Virus record (IMG/VR): IMGVR_UViG_2841729706_000003
Span: 1-41,667 of that record
Direction: 5' to 3' (one strand)
From: a virus
Taxonomy: Duplodnaviria > Heunggongvirae > Uroviricota > Caudoviricetes
DNA: 41,667 nt
The notes under the pieces were generated by a model. It had not been told where the DNA came from and did not search any database. It saw only the letters and a list, made by a program, of their open reading frames with translations. How positions within the stretch are numbered: position 1 is the first letter of the stretch; each line of letters begins with the position of its first letter. This document shows positions 33,039 through 41,427 of this stretch, one piece after another. Both the position numbers and the translations under genes were made by a program.

Positions 33039-33937
33039 ACTTTCCCCCATCGCCGCGGCCTGTTACCGTCAAGGCCATGCGCAACCTGCTTTCCATGCTC
33101 CTTGTCCTTGCGGCCGGCTCGCCCGCCCTTGCCGACGATCGGGCGCTCGGCGTCGCCATGGCGATCGCGGCCGGAAAGGAATGCAGCGGGATCTCGCTCG
33201 ACCTGGATGCTGTCGCCCGTCTGATCGCCGAAGAGACCGTTTCCGATCCCGCTTTCGAGGACCGCGTTACCGGCGGCTATCTGGAAGGCGCCATCCTTCG
33301 CATCCGCCATGCCGACGCCGCCGACCGGGTCACTCATTGCAACCGGATGCGGGAAATCATCGTGCAGGCCGGGTTCGGAAACTGAAAACTTGGCGGTCTC
33401 ATTGCCCCACACGTCATTGCCAGGCCAAGGCTCACGGGCGAACAGCTCGGCCATGAACTGATCTGGCAGGAGTGCCGACATCATGGCGCGCGCCTCGGGC
33501 GGCTTGCGACTGTGTTCGCGGCGAATGGAGTCGATCAGATTGCGAACGGATTTCGAGCGAACCACCGGCTCGCCTATCGTGCCGATCAGGAACGGTTCTG
33601 TCGACGATCGCAAAATGTAGCCGGTGCCGAAGGTCGGCTTGCCTTTGGGTGTCCGCTTCACCCAGGCGCCGCCGGTTTTGTATGTGAAGCCGTAGTGTTT
33701 CATGAGCCGCATCGCCACTGGCAGATGAGGCCAAGTCGACCACATCCAAAGCAGGCAATTCCCCGAGGCGAGATAACCAACGGGCAACGCCGCCAGTTCG
33801 TCCTCACTCATCGTCTCGTAGTGTGCTTCCGGGCTTTTCTCGTATCCCTTTTCCGACCGCATCTCGTAGCGGTAACAGGGGTCGATCAGGAGACCGCCGT
33901 ATTTGAGCGGCGTCAGCCCATGGAAAGGCCACGTCAT
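33035..33937 (-). CDS. MT-A70-family adenine methyltransferase with a ~116-aa C-terminal read-through extension antisense to the moron
   Basis: IDPCYRY, EAHYETM, LWMWST.P, GFTYKT..AWVK, GTGY..RS..EPFLIG, REHSRKP, ELFAR, WGNE..KF. Confidence 0.9.
   Translation of the reverse strand: MTWPFHGLTPLKYGGLLIDPCYRYEMRSEKGYEKSPEAHYETMSEDELAALPVGYLASGNCLLWMWSTWPHLPVAMRLMKHYGFTYKTGGAWVKRTPKGKPTFGTGYILRSSTEPFLIGTIGEPVVRSKSVRNLIDSIRREHSRKPPEARAMMSALLPDQFMAELFAREPWPGNDVWGNETAKFSVSEPGLHDDFPHPVAMSDPVGGVGMADAKDGAFQIAAGNAVLESGIGNGLFGDQTGDSIQVERDPAAFLSGRDRHGDAERPIVGKGGRAGRKDKEHGKQVAHGLDGNRPRRWGKV
33077..33385 (+). CDS. Small exported moron protein (102 aa, two Cys)
   Basis: Signal peptide MRNLLSMLLVLAAGSPALA; opposite strand within the early operon. 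Confidence 0.7.
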   Translation: MRNLLSMLLVLAAGSPALADDRALGVAMAIAAGKECSGISLDLDAVARLIAEETVSDPAFEDRVTGGYLEGAILRIRHADAADRVTHCNRMREIIVQAGFGN

Positions 33938-34173
33938 GGGCGGTCCTCGTCGATACGCCAGCCTGCCTTGAGCGCCGTCACCACCGACACGCTATCGGCG
34001 TGACGCTTTATCACCAGCTTGACGTTCTCGATCGTGACGCCGATTGCGCCGAGGCGCACACCGTTGGTCACGCGGCTGGCGAGATGATTGCGAACGGCCT
34101 CCACGTCGAGGCCATGCGCGCGCTCCAGGTAGCGCAGCACTGCATGGTCGGTGACGCGGATCGGCGGCTTCAT
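33934..34173 (-). CDS. Small conserved phage protein with a TDHAVLRYLER motif (RelE/DUF4258-like fold suspected)
   Basis: 79 aa; ATGA overlaps at both ends. Confidence 0.7.
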   Translation of the reverse strand: MKPPIRVTDHAVLRYLERAHGLDVEAVRNHLASRVTNGVRLGAIGVTIENVKLVIKRHADSVSVVTALKAGWRIDEDRP

Positions 34174-34781
34174 CCGGCCTTCACCGTTCTGATCAACGCG
34201 CCAAGCGCGTTCATCACTGGCATCCAATCGCGTTCGCCCATCCGGTCGACCGGTTTCGCGAGGTCGGAAACGAAAGCACGAAAACCTTGCGGATCGACCT
34301 TTTCGCACCGCGCCAGTATCTGCCATTGCGCCACCGCGATTTTCGCACCTGGGCAGCGCAGCCAAGCCGGAAGGGCGACGCTGTCGCTCCAGTCGACATG
34401 CGCCTCGCGCGCCATCCAGGCCTTCAAGGCATCGACGGCCTTGGCCGCATCTTTGCCGTCGAGGAGAAATCGGGTGTGGTCGATGTTTGTCTGTCTTTTG
34501 ACAAACATCAGCATGGCGGCATCGCGCCGATCGCGGACGATGCCGAGGTTCCAGGCATCGATCCAGAGCGCCTGGAGCTTCTTTGCAAACGGCCCCTGAA
34601 GGCCCTTTTGAACGGGCATGAAACCATGATTGCGAAACTCCGAAACAACGCGCTGGCGCTCGGCCTCGCTCATATCGCGGGTGGAGCCCTTGCCGGTGAC
34701 GCGGACGAGGACCGCACGATAGGTGTCCTCGTCCAGGCCGAGCTGCTTGCGGGCAATTTGGATGACAGCGAGCGCGTTCAT
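34170..34781 (-). CDS. gemA: GemA (Mu gp16, DUF1018)
   Basis: IQIARKQLGLDEDTYR..L..VTGK.ST.DM, KKLQALWI, FVKRQT, A.KA.DALKAW. Confidence 0.92.
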   Translation of the reverse strand: MNALAVIQIARKQLGLDEDTYRAVLVRVTGKGSTRDMSEAERQRVVSEFRNHGFMPVQKGLQGPFAKKLQALWIDAWNLGIVRDRRDAAMLMFVKRQTNIDHTRFLLDGKDAAKAVDALKAWMAREAHVDWSDSVALPAWLRCPGAKIAVAQWQILARCEKVDPQGFRAFVSDLAKPVDRMGERDWMPVMNALGALIRTVKAG

Positions 34782-34833
34782 GCCGCGACCGCCTTATCAA
34801 GCCACAAAGAGAAACCGGGAGTCGCTCGCACAA

Positions 34834-34861
34834 TTGCAGAAAACCGTTTTGCGCGTACGAT
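34834..34861 (+). promoter_or_regulatory. Sigma70-like promoter for the plus-strand moron
   Basis: TTGCAG-N16-TACGAT, followed by SD GAGGGGG and the ATG at 34886. Confidence 0.5.
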
Positions 34862-34885
34862 CGTCATCGCACGAGGGGGGCACTG

Positions 34886-35590
34886 ATGAGAGCTGACGCG
34901 GTACTGCAAGCCTGCAGCAACGTAATTTCGATTGCGATTGGAATTTTTCTCGGATTGGCCTTGGCAGACATCTCTGCGGGGGAGCGTGATTTGTGGGAGT
35001 GGCAAACGCTTATCGCCGGAATTCTGGCCGTGGCAGCTGCCGGCATAACAGTGTTCCAAATGCAGCGAATTGATGCGCGTCAGCACGAGCGGCATGGCGA
35101 GGTGATGGCGCTCAACCTTCGGGCTGATCGGCTCCGCATTCAACGTGCGACCGTTCCGGCTGCATCTGATTTTAGAAAATGGTCTCAGGAAATGACGGCG
35201 CGGCTCAAGCTGTACCAGGATGAGAAGAGCGATCCTGATGTTTTCAAGCCTTCCTTCGAGACGATGGGCAATCTTTCTGACAAGGCAGGTCAGATCAATA
35301 CACTGCTGCTTGGGAAGGGATTGAAGGCTGCCGAGGACCTCTATGGCCCGGAGCTTACTCAGAGGCTTGCCGAAGCGCGCTCTGGATGGGTTAACCTGAA
35401 TGAGCAACTCAACGCCGCGAAAAGCTACCTGAACGTTAGTGGGATTAGTTCGAGCGACGCCGAGCACGCCATGGACGGCTGCGTACTCTCCATTCGACCG
35501 TTGATCCCGCTGGCAGACATCATCGCTGGCGCGCTCGAAGCATTGGCAACCGAATATCGCCGAACGGTGGGCAACCCCTTTGCCGATTAG
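34886..35590 (+). CDS. Two-TM membrane moron protein with a helical cytoplasmic domain
   Basis: ISIAIGIFLGLALA and WQTLIAGILAVAAAGITVFQM; own SD and promoter; AT-richer codons than the flanking genes. Confidence 0.75.
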   Translation: MRADAVLQACSNVISIAIGIFLGLALADISAGERDLWEWQTLIAGILAVAAAGITVFQMQRIDARQHERHGEVMALNLRADRLRIQRATVPAASDFRKWSQEMTARLKLYQDEKSDPDVFKPSFETMGNLSDKAGQINTLLLGKGLKAAEDLYGPELTQRLAEARSGWVNLNEQLNAAKSYLNVSGISSSDAEHAMDGCVLSIRPLIPLADIIAGALEALATEYRRTVGNPFAD

Positions 35591-35626
35591 CTTCCGAAGA
35601 TTCTCAATGTTGACCTTGGTCATGGC

Positions 35627-35845
35627 TCAACCCTCCCTCGGCTCGATCGGCACGGGACCGCTGCCGTGCGGATTGAAGCCGTGTTCCGCATCCGATAGCT
35701 CCCGCTCCAGCCGGTCGACTTCCGCCTGCCAAAGCCGCATCTGCGCTTCGCGCCGACCGAAATTGTCGATCATGTCGGCACAGACAAGCTGCTGGCGGGC
35801 ATGCTGCAGGCGGCGTTCCAGGTCTTCGATCCGTTCCATCGCCAT
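35627..35845 (-). CDS. Hypothetical coiled-coil phage protein (72 aa)
   Basis: TGATG overlap with the gam stop. Confidence 0.65.
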   Translation of the reverse strand: MAMERIEDLERRLQHARQQLVCADMIDNFGRREAQMRLWQAEVDRLERELSDAEHGFNPHGSGPVPIEPREG

Positions 35846-36366
35846 CACCCCACCGCCGTTTCGAGTTCGGCCGGTTCGATGACGAAATCCTCGCCTTCGG
35901 AAGAAATCGTAACGCCGGCGATCTGACGGGCCGTGTCGGCATCGGCAAGCATGGCGTCCCGATTGATTTCCTCCTTCACGCGAAGGAACCGGCTCAGGCC
36001 GAGCCGCTTGCAGCCCTCGATGACAGCTTCCATGCCACGAATGCCGACCTTCGGCGGGCGCAGGCGCCAACTGATGCGCCCGGTGCCGAAATCATGAAAC
36101 TTGACCTTGCCTTCATTGGTCAGGGAAAGGCGATTGACCTCGCAATAGGCCTGCATGCCCTCTTCAAGCTGCGCGAGTTCCTGGGCGAGCGGAGCAAGTG
36201 CCGCCTCGACCATTTCGCCTACAGTTCTGATCTGCTCGTCAGCAGCGGCTTTCCTGGCAGCGATATCGCGCCGCAAGGTGCCGATGCGACCGACAGTCCA
36301 GACGGCATCTTCGCGCGACTGCGGTACGCGAATCAGTGCTTTTGCTTTAGCTTTGGCTTTCGCCAT
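35845..36366 (-). CDS. gam: Gam host-nuclease inhibitor (Mu Gam-like)
   Basis: VPQSRE.A...IG.L.R, G..AYCE.NR..LT..GK.K...F.TG.I.WR.RPP.V, R.KEEIN.DAM, EDF.IEP. Confidence 0.93.
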   Translation of the reverse strand: MAKAKAKAKALIRVPQSREDAVWTVGRIGTLRRDIAARKAAADEQIRTVGEMVEAALAPLAQELAQLEEGMQAYCEVNRLSLTNEGKVKFHDFGTGRISWRLRPPKVGIRGMEAVIEGCKRLGLSRFLRVKEEINRDAMLADADTARQIAGVTISSEGEDFVIEPAELETAVG

Positions 36367-36674
36367 CGGGTCTTTTCCTCTTCGGTGGTTTCGCCGCGAA
36401 CCGCGGCCAAGATTGTCCGGATGGCGATGCAATGGCCGACGCAAAGGTCGCGCAGCGCCGCGCGCTCCTCGCTGGTGGCATCGGCGAGCTGCTCGATCGC
36501 GTTGACCAGCGTTTCCGCCTCGATCGCGATCGACCAGAATGTCTCGACGGCAAAGGCGAGCGCCAGCTCCCCCGCCTGGCTGGCATTCGCGCGCCGCGGG
36601 CTGGCTATGATGCGGCCGGCAAGATCGAGCACATCGACCTGCGCTGCCTCCTGCAAAAGCTTCGGATCGCTCAT
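36333..36674 (-). CDS. Hypothetical phage protein
   Basis: ATGA overlap; operon continuity. Confidence 0.6.
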   Translation of the reverse strand: MSDPKLLQEAAQVDVLDLAGRIIASPRRANASQAGELALAFAVETFWSIAIEAETLVNAIEQLADATSEERAALRDLCVGHCIAIRTILAAVRGETTEEEKTRWRKPKLKQKH

Positions 36675-36949
36675 CGCGCAAACCTCTTCAGAACCGTTTT
36701 CAGTGCCCGAGCCTGCTGTTCCAGTGATCGACGCGCGGCGATTTCGCCGCGCGTGTATTTGGCGTGGTCCAGCCGGCCGACCGCTTCCGCCACCCGCGTT
36801 GCCGCCGCGATCAAGTCGGGATCGGGCACATGGACAAGGCGAGGTCGCAATTCGCGGCGCGCCTCCTCCAGATGCTGTTCGATCAGCGGCGAGATGGTTT
36901 CGACCAGCCGTTTGACGTGTGTGGCGGCGTGATCGGCCGGCGCGCTCAT
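36671..36949 (-). CDS. Hypothetical phage protein
   Basis: ATGA overlap at 36946-36949; operon continuity. Confidence 0.6.
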   Translation of the reverse strand: MSAPADHAATHVKRLVETISPLIEQHLEEARRELRPRLVHVPDPDLIAAATRVAEAVGRLDHAKYTRGEIAARRSLEQQARALKTVLKRFAR

Positions 36950-37356
36950 GCCCGTTCCCTGTCCGGCTTGTGCGAGGAATGCGGGCAACCAGCCCGGCAA
37001 GCGCGATAGACGGCGGCGCGAACCGACGAGGTGGCGGCGAATGGCTTTTTCTGCCATGTCAGGCACTGGTCGCGCCCGACTTCCCCGAGCACCGGGCAAG
37101 ACACGACATGCCCCATCAAGGCCCCGCGCACGGTCTCCTCGACGCGAGCCATGTCGCCGCGATAGCGGTTGTTGATGACGGTGGAGATGGCGCTCGCCGA
37201 GTAGCCGACGCGCTTTTCAACGCCCCTCAAGCCCTCGCGATCGGCGAGCGTGGCAAGTTCTGCCACCCAATCCGGCGGCATGCCCCAGGCATCGGCCGCT
37301 TTCTGCGCCATACTGCGCTCAACCCGAACCGTGCCGGGTGCCGGTCCGCGGTTCAT
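36946..37356 (-). CDS. HTH transcriptional regulator with a Cys-rich C-terminus
   Basis: RVGYSASAISTVINNRY.GD (HTH); CPVLGE...C...C..GCPHS. Confidence 0.8.
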   Translation of the reverse strand: MNRGPAPGTVRVERSMAQKAADAWGMPPDWVAELATLADREGLRGVEKRVGYSASAISTVINNRYRGDMARVEETVRGALMGHVVSCPVLGEVGRDQCLTWQKKPFAATSSVRAAVYRACRAGCPHSSHKPDRERA

Positions 37357-37994
37357 GGCCGGTCCTCCTCGGCGATCGTCTCGCCCATCACCGCGTGGCG
37401 GTTCTGGTCGAAGACCAGCTTGGCGCGAAGGATCATGGGCGGTCGCGGCCCGGTATTGCGCGACGGTTTAAGCCGCCAGACCGCGAAACGAGCCGGACCG
37501 CCTTCAGCCACCTGGAGAAGGTAGCCGGCACGGGCGAGGTTCTGGATGTAGGTTTTTGCCGTGGCCAATGTGACCGCGATGTCGTCCGTGGAGCCGAAGG
37601 TCACGAGGTCTTGGGGCGTAAATCCGCGCCGCCCGGTCGGTCCCCGCATCACATTCCACATCTGTTGCTGTCCGGTGGTCGGACGGACGATCTGCCCGTC
37701 GCGAGATACGATCGGCGTCTCTTCGGGCCGTTTCAGCAGACGATAGACGCGTTCGTCTCGTCCGAGCAGGCTCGCTTGGCTCGATGTCACTTCCGCCACG
37801 CCAGACTGCACGAGGCGCTTTACGAAAGCGCGGATTGGCGCCGTTCCCGCATCGTCTGTGACCGAACGAATCTGGCTTACGGTGAATTCACGCCCATCGC
37901 CGGCGTCGAGCGCCCGCATGACGCGCCAATAATGGTCTTGTCCACGATAAAGCGGCTCGGTCTTCTTGAGTGTCAGCTTGAGGGTAACCGGCAT
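37353..37994 (-). CDS. Tandem winged-helix DNA-binding protein
   Basis: Two wHTH-like repeats (YW..MR...FTV; MW..MR...FT..DL...A.TY...L..AGYL); TGATG overlap with the MuB stop. Confidence 0.75.
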   Translation of the reverse strand: MPVTLKLTLKKTEPLYRGQDHYWRVMRALDAGDGREFTVSQIRSVTDDAGTAPIRAFVKRLVQSGVAEVTSSQASLLGRDERVYRLLKRPEETPIVSRDGQIVRPTTGQQQMWNVMRGPTGRRGFTPQDLVTFGSTDDIAVTLATAKTYIQNLARAGYLLQVAEGGPARFAVWRLKPSRNTGPRPPMILRAKLVFDQNRHAVMGETIAEEDRP

Positions 37995-38752
37995 CAGGCC
38001 ACCCTCCGCGACTGGAAGCGTTTCGGGGTTTCGCCGGTGAAGATGCGACCCTGATAGGTGCCGACATCCAGTTCCGGCAGTCCCGCATTGGCGGCAAAGC
38101 TCGCTGCCGCGTTGAGCGTGGTCGCAATGCGCCGTGCCTTCCCGCCGGTCTGCTCCCGGATGGCGTCGAGCAGGCGGTCGGTTATGGTCAGCTTGGGATA
38201 GAGGAATGACGCCAATGCCCGCGCATCGTCGAGGTCGCAGGGCTGCGCAAGCACCCAATCCAGCACACGGTTATGGACCCGTTCGAACGGCTCCAGCTTT
38301 TGCGGCAACAACTCCTCGCCAACGAGCAGGACGGGAACCTGTGCCGCCTTGTTGATGTCGCGGACCAGTTCAATCATGCCCTTGTCGACCAGCTTGTCGG
38401 CCTCGTCGATGATGACAGGCCGGGCCGGATCGTCGCCCAGCCGCGCAATGATCTCGTCCATCATGTCGCCGATCGTGCCCCGCGGACGAGCCACCCCCAG
38501 CTCGGCGAGAAGCGCCTGACAGAATTTCTTGCGCGTCCAGAAGTCGAAGACCTCGACGAACAATGCGCCCGTCCGGTTCCAGCAATATTGCGCCGCCATC
38601 GTCTTGCCGTAGCCGGAAAAGCCGCTGAAAACCCCGATGTTGGGTAGATGCGCTGGGCGATGTATCAGCGCATCGACAAGCGCGAGACAGGAAGCCACGT
38701 TCTTGAGAGGAGCCACCGATCCGGGTTTAACAGTGTGGGTGTTGCCGTTCAT
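37994..38752 (-). CDS. MuB-like AAA+ transposition ATPase
   Basis: GFSGYGKT (Walker A), VIIDEAD (Walker B), VLLVGEE, RVHNRV; directly after the transposase. Confidence 0.95.
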   Translation of the reverse strand: MNGNTHTVKPGSVAPLKNVASCLALVDALIHRPAHLPNIGVFSGFSGYGKTMAAQYCWNRTGALFVEVFDFWTRKKFCQALLAELGVARPRGTIGDMMDEIIARLGDDPARPVIIDEADKLVDKGMIELVRDINKAAQVPVLLVGEELLPQKLEPFERVHNRVLDWVLAQPCDLDDARALASFLYPKLTITDRLLDAIREQTGGKARRIATTLNAAASFAANAGLPELDVGTYQGRIFTGETPKRFQSRRVA

Positions 38753-38806
38753 GTTGCCGTCCTTATTTTCCGTGTTGCCTTACCCGGCCATCATTTTAGC
38801 AATCTC

Positions 38807-40975
38807 TTAAAGACGCATGGCCTCGGCGCCGAACTCGTCGAACATTGCGCGCATGGCGCGGTACTCGGACCCGGTCTGATACGCTCCGAGCCATAGAAGA
38901 TCGTCGTCGCGAAGCCGCTCGCCACGGTTGCGGCGCTGCTCCAGATCGAGCGCGCGCCGAAACCGCTGCTCGCGTGTTTCCGGTAGGCGCGTCACCGCCG
39001 CGGTCGACATGTTCGACGATGAGGGGATCGGTTCCGCTGCCGTGGCCTCGTCGCGCATCTGCGCATGGATTTCGGCAGCACGGTCGGACAAGGCGTTCGG
39101 TTGCGCCGGGGCGGAAGCCGACGCCGCAGCGCCGAGGGCCGGCGTGGTGTGGATTTCGGCGCGCTGCGGGAAAGCCAGCAGATTGCCGGCGCGCTTTTCG
39201 GCCTGGTTGCGCATGGCATCCACGACCGCGCGTGGACCGATACGGCGCATTTCGCGCCGGATGTCCTTTATACGACCGTCGACATGCGCCTTTTGCGCAG
39301 CCTTGACCTTGGCGATGGTTTCCACCGGATCGAGGCCGCCAAGTTCGGGGCAAACCGCTTCGCCTAGATAGGTCTCGCCGTCCGCTTCGAACAAAAGCAC
39401 GCGACCGAGGTCGGCGGGGTCCATGCGGCAGAACACGGTTTCGCCGGGCATGACCGAACCGGTCAGATAATGCGCGCCGTCGATGCGTATGCCGGTTTTC
39501 GTGACGGTGCGCAGCCCGTCCTTGCCGGGCACCGGCGCAAGCAGGATGTCGAGTGCGGCAACATTGTCGAGGCGACGGATCGAGCCAGCGAAGGATGCAG
39601 CGACTTCGAAGGGAGTCCGCCGGCCGAGTCCCTCATGCGGCGTCGAGGCGTAGATTTTGTCCGTCCAGTCGTCGCACCACGCCTGAAACGCTGCGAGGTC
39701 CATGTCGACGCCGAAGAGCTCGGAAGGATCGGCTCCGAGCCGCTGGGCGAATGCCTTGCGCCCCTCGATGATCTTGCGGTCCGCAACGCTGTGGCCGACG
39801 AAGCCCGGCAGTCCGGCAAGATCGCGCTGAAACGTCCCGATCGCGCGTTCCACCATGCCTTTCTGTTTCGGGCTGTAGGGCGCCGAGAACTCGACCTCGA
39901 TGCCAAGGGCGGCAAACAGCCGTTGCGTCGCGGTGGCGGCGAAATCGCTGCCATTGTCGATCTTGATCTTTTCCGGCACGCCCCACGCGAGGATGGCTTT
40001 GCGGGTGAGCAGGCCGACGCCGGATGCACGCGGTGTTCGGGTTGCAAGCACCTTCGTCCGGCGCGTTAGCACGTCGATCGCCAGATAGATCGAGTGGCGT
40101 CCCTCTTTCAGCATCACGTCGGCGGGAGATGCGTCGATCTGCCAGCATTCGTTGATGCGCGAAGCCCTCGCCGCATTGACGAGCGCGAATTCGGTCTTGG
40201 AACGATAGCCGTCCGGGTCGGTGAGAAGCTGGAGTTCGTTGCAATACTCCTCTTTCCAGAGCGCAAGCTGGCGCTGGAATGTGCGGATTGGCGGTGCGCG
40301 GAATTCGTCGCCGAATTTGTCCGTGACAAGCTCCAGCGCCCGCTTTGTAGACAGGAAAGGCATCTTGGCGATCGCCGCCAGGGCGAAGGTGCGCACACGC
40401 CCGTCAAGCGCCCGGTCGAGCTGGCTCGTGCCCTTGCGTGCGGTTGCTGGATCGTGCCCGAGTGCGTTGGAGCCGGAGCCGTCCCTAGTCGACCGCCACC
40501 GGGCCAGCGACCGGGCGCTTGCCTGCCGTATCTGCTCCCGAACCCAAGCGGGAACGTCAATTGAACGGCTGTTGTAGACGCCGGCAAAGAGTGTATCGGC
40601 GGCAACGATCGAAAGATTCTGCTCACGGCGAAAGCGATCTGCAAGATTGAGCAGCACGAGTCGCGCGTCGCGCTCGGTGCGCGCCCTGGCCGTTAGCCTG
40701 TCATCCTCGCAGAGCGACGGGCGCAAATCGGCCGGCTCGACTCGGCAATGACGGCCGGCATAGGCAATGCGCGTCGAGAGCGGCAAGAGATCGATATGGA
40801 ATTCGTCGCCGCCGCCGCCGGCCCGCCCGGCGCGCGGACGGCAAAGACCGGCATGGCTGGCCCAATTTTCGCGGGCGATAAGTGCGTTCATGCCGCGCTT
40901 CGTCGCCGGAAGTCCGGGCAATTCCCCGGTGGCTGCAAGATCGGCGAACTCGGCAGCGGTGAACCAAACCTTCAT
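38807..40975 (-). CDS. MuA-like DDE transposase
   Basis: N-terminal Mu-type HTH (WFTAAEFA...LP.TKRG); DDE WQIDAS / IDNGSDF / KGMVERAIGT; Mu-transposase C domain. The ATG at 40975 overlaps the upstream stop. Confidence 0.97.
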   Translation of the reverse strand: MKVWFTAAEFADLAATGELPGLPATKRGMNALIARENWASHAGLCRPRAGRAGGGGDEFHIDLLPLSTRIAYAGRHCRVEPADLRPSLCEDDRLTARARTERDARLVLLNLADRFRREQNLSIVAADTLFAGVYNSRSIDVPAWVREQIRQASARSLARWRSTRDGSGSNALGHDPATARKGTSQLDRALDGRVRTFALAAIAKMPFLSTKRALELVTDKFGDEFRAPPIRTFQRQLALWKEEYCNELQLLTDPDGYRSKTEFALVNAARASRINECWQIDASPADVMLKEGRHSIYLAIDVLTRRTKVLATRTPRASGVGLLTRKAILAWGVPEKIKIDNGSDFAATATQRLFAALGIEVEFSAPYSPKQKGMVERAIGTFQRDLAGLPGFVGHSVADRKIIEGRKAFAQRLGADPSELFGVDMDLAAFQAWCDDWTDKIYASTPHEGLGRRTPFEVAASFAGSIRRLDNVAALDILLAPVPGKDGLRTVTKTGIRIDGAHYLTGSVMPGETVFCRMDPADLGRVLLFEADGETYLGEAVCPELGGLDPVETIAKVKAAQKAHVDGRIKDIRREMRRIGPRAVVDAMRNQAEKRAGNLLAFPQRAEIHTTPALGAAASASAPAQPNALSDRAAEIHAQMRDEATAAEPIPSSSNMSTAAVTRLPETREQRFRRALDLEQRRNRGERLRDDDLLWLGAYQTGSEYRAMRAMFDEFGAEAMRL

Positions 40976-41427
40976 CGGCCCGCCTTCCATCGCGCTTCGA
41001 CGGCTTGTTTCCGGCGCGAAACCTCGCGCTCATGCTCTTCGATGAGGTGCAACTCGATGAGCGAGCCATAGCGTTCCGGCACCACGACATGGCCGAACAA
41101 GGAGGCGACGAAACCGAGCAAGTCATGGCAGCCGGTCGCCGTCACCAAGGCGACGAACCGCTCCAGCGTAATCCGATGGCCTTCCTTGGCCTCGGAGGCG
41201 TAGGCGTCCAGCATGTCGGCACTGATCGAATAGCCGAGTTCCTCGCTCATTCTGGCGGCGACCTCGGCGCGGGGCTTGCCGCATTCGCGCAAGGCCAGAG
41301 CCACGGCCCGGCTGATCTTGGAGCCGAGCCGGTTGCCGGCAAGTTGGTCGGGTTCGAAACCGAGCGCGACCTTCGGTGGTTCCCAATCGAAAAGGTCCGG
41401 TGTGAGGCGATCCCGGCTCCTGCTCAT
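40972..41427 (-). CDS. Phage regulatory protein (CII-like HTH)
   Basis: RAEVAARMS..LG..IS..MLDAYAS.AKE.H.I.LERF.AL; position just before the transposase. Confidence 0.7.
   Translation of the reverse strand: MSRSRDRLTPDLFDWEPPKVALGFEPDQLAGNRLGSKISRAVALALRECGKPRAEVAARMSEELGYSISADMLDAYASEAKEGHRITLERFVALVTATGCHDLLGFVASLFGHVVVPERYGSLIELHLIEEHEREVSRRKQAVEARWKAGR

Larger units (their letters stand above)
34778..35623 (-). other. Antisense bridging ORF (281 codons) spanning the moron; translation plausible, protein function doubtful
   Basis: Strong SD (GGGAGG) and ATG 3 nt after the upstream stop; its stop overlaps the gemA ATG; codon-aligned with the plus-strand gene. Confidence 0.4.
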
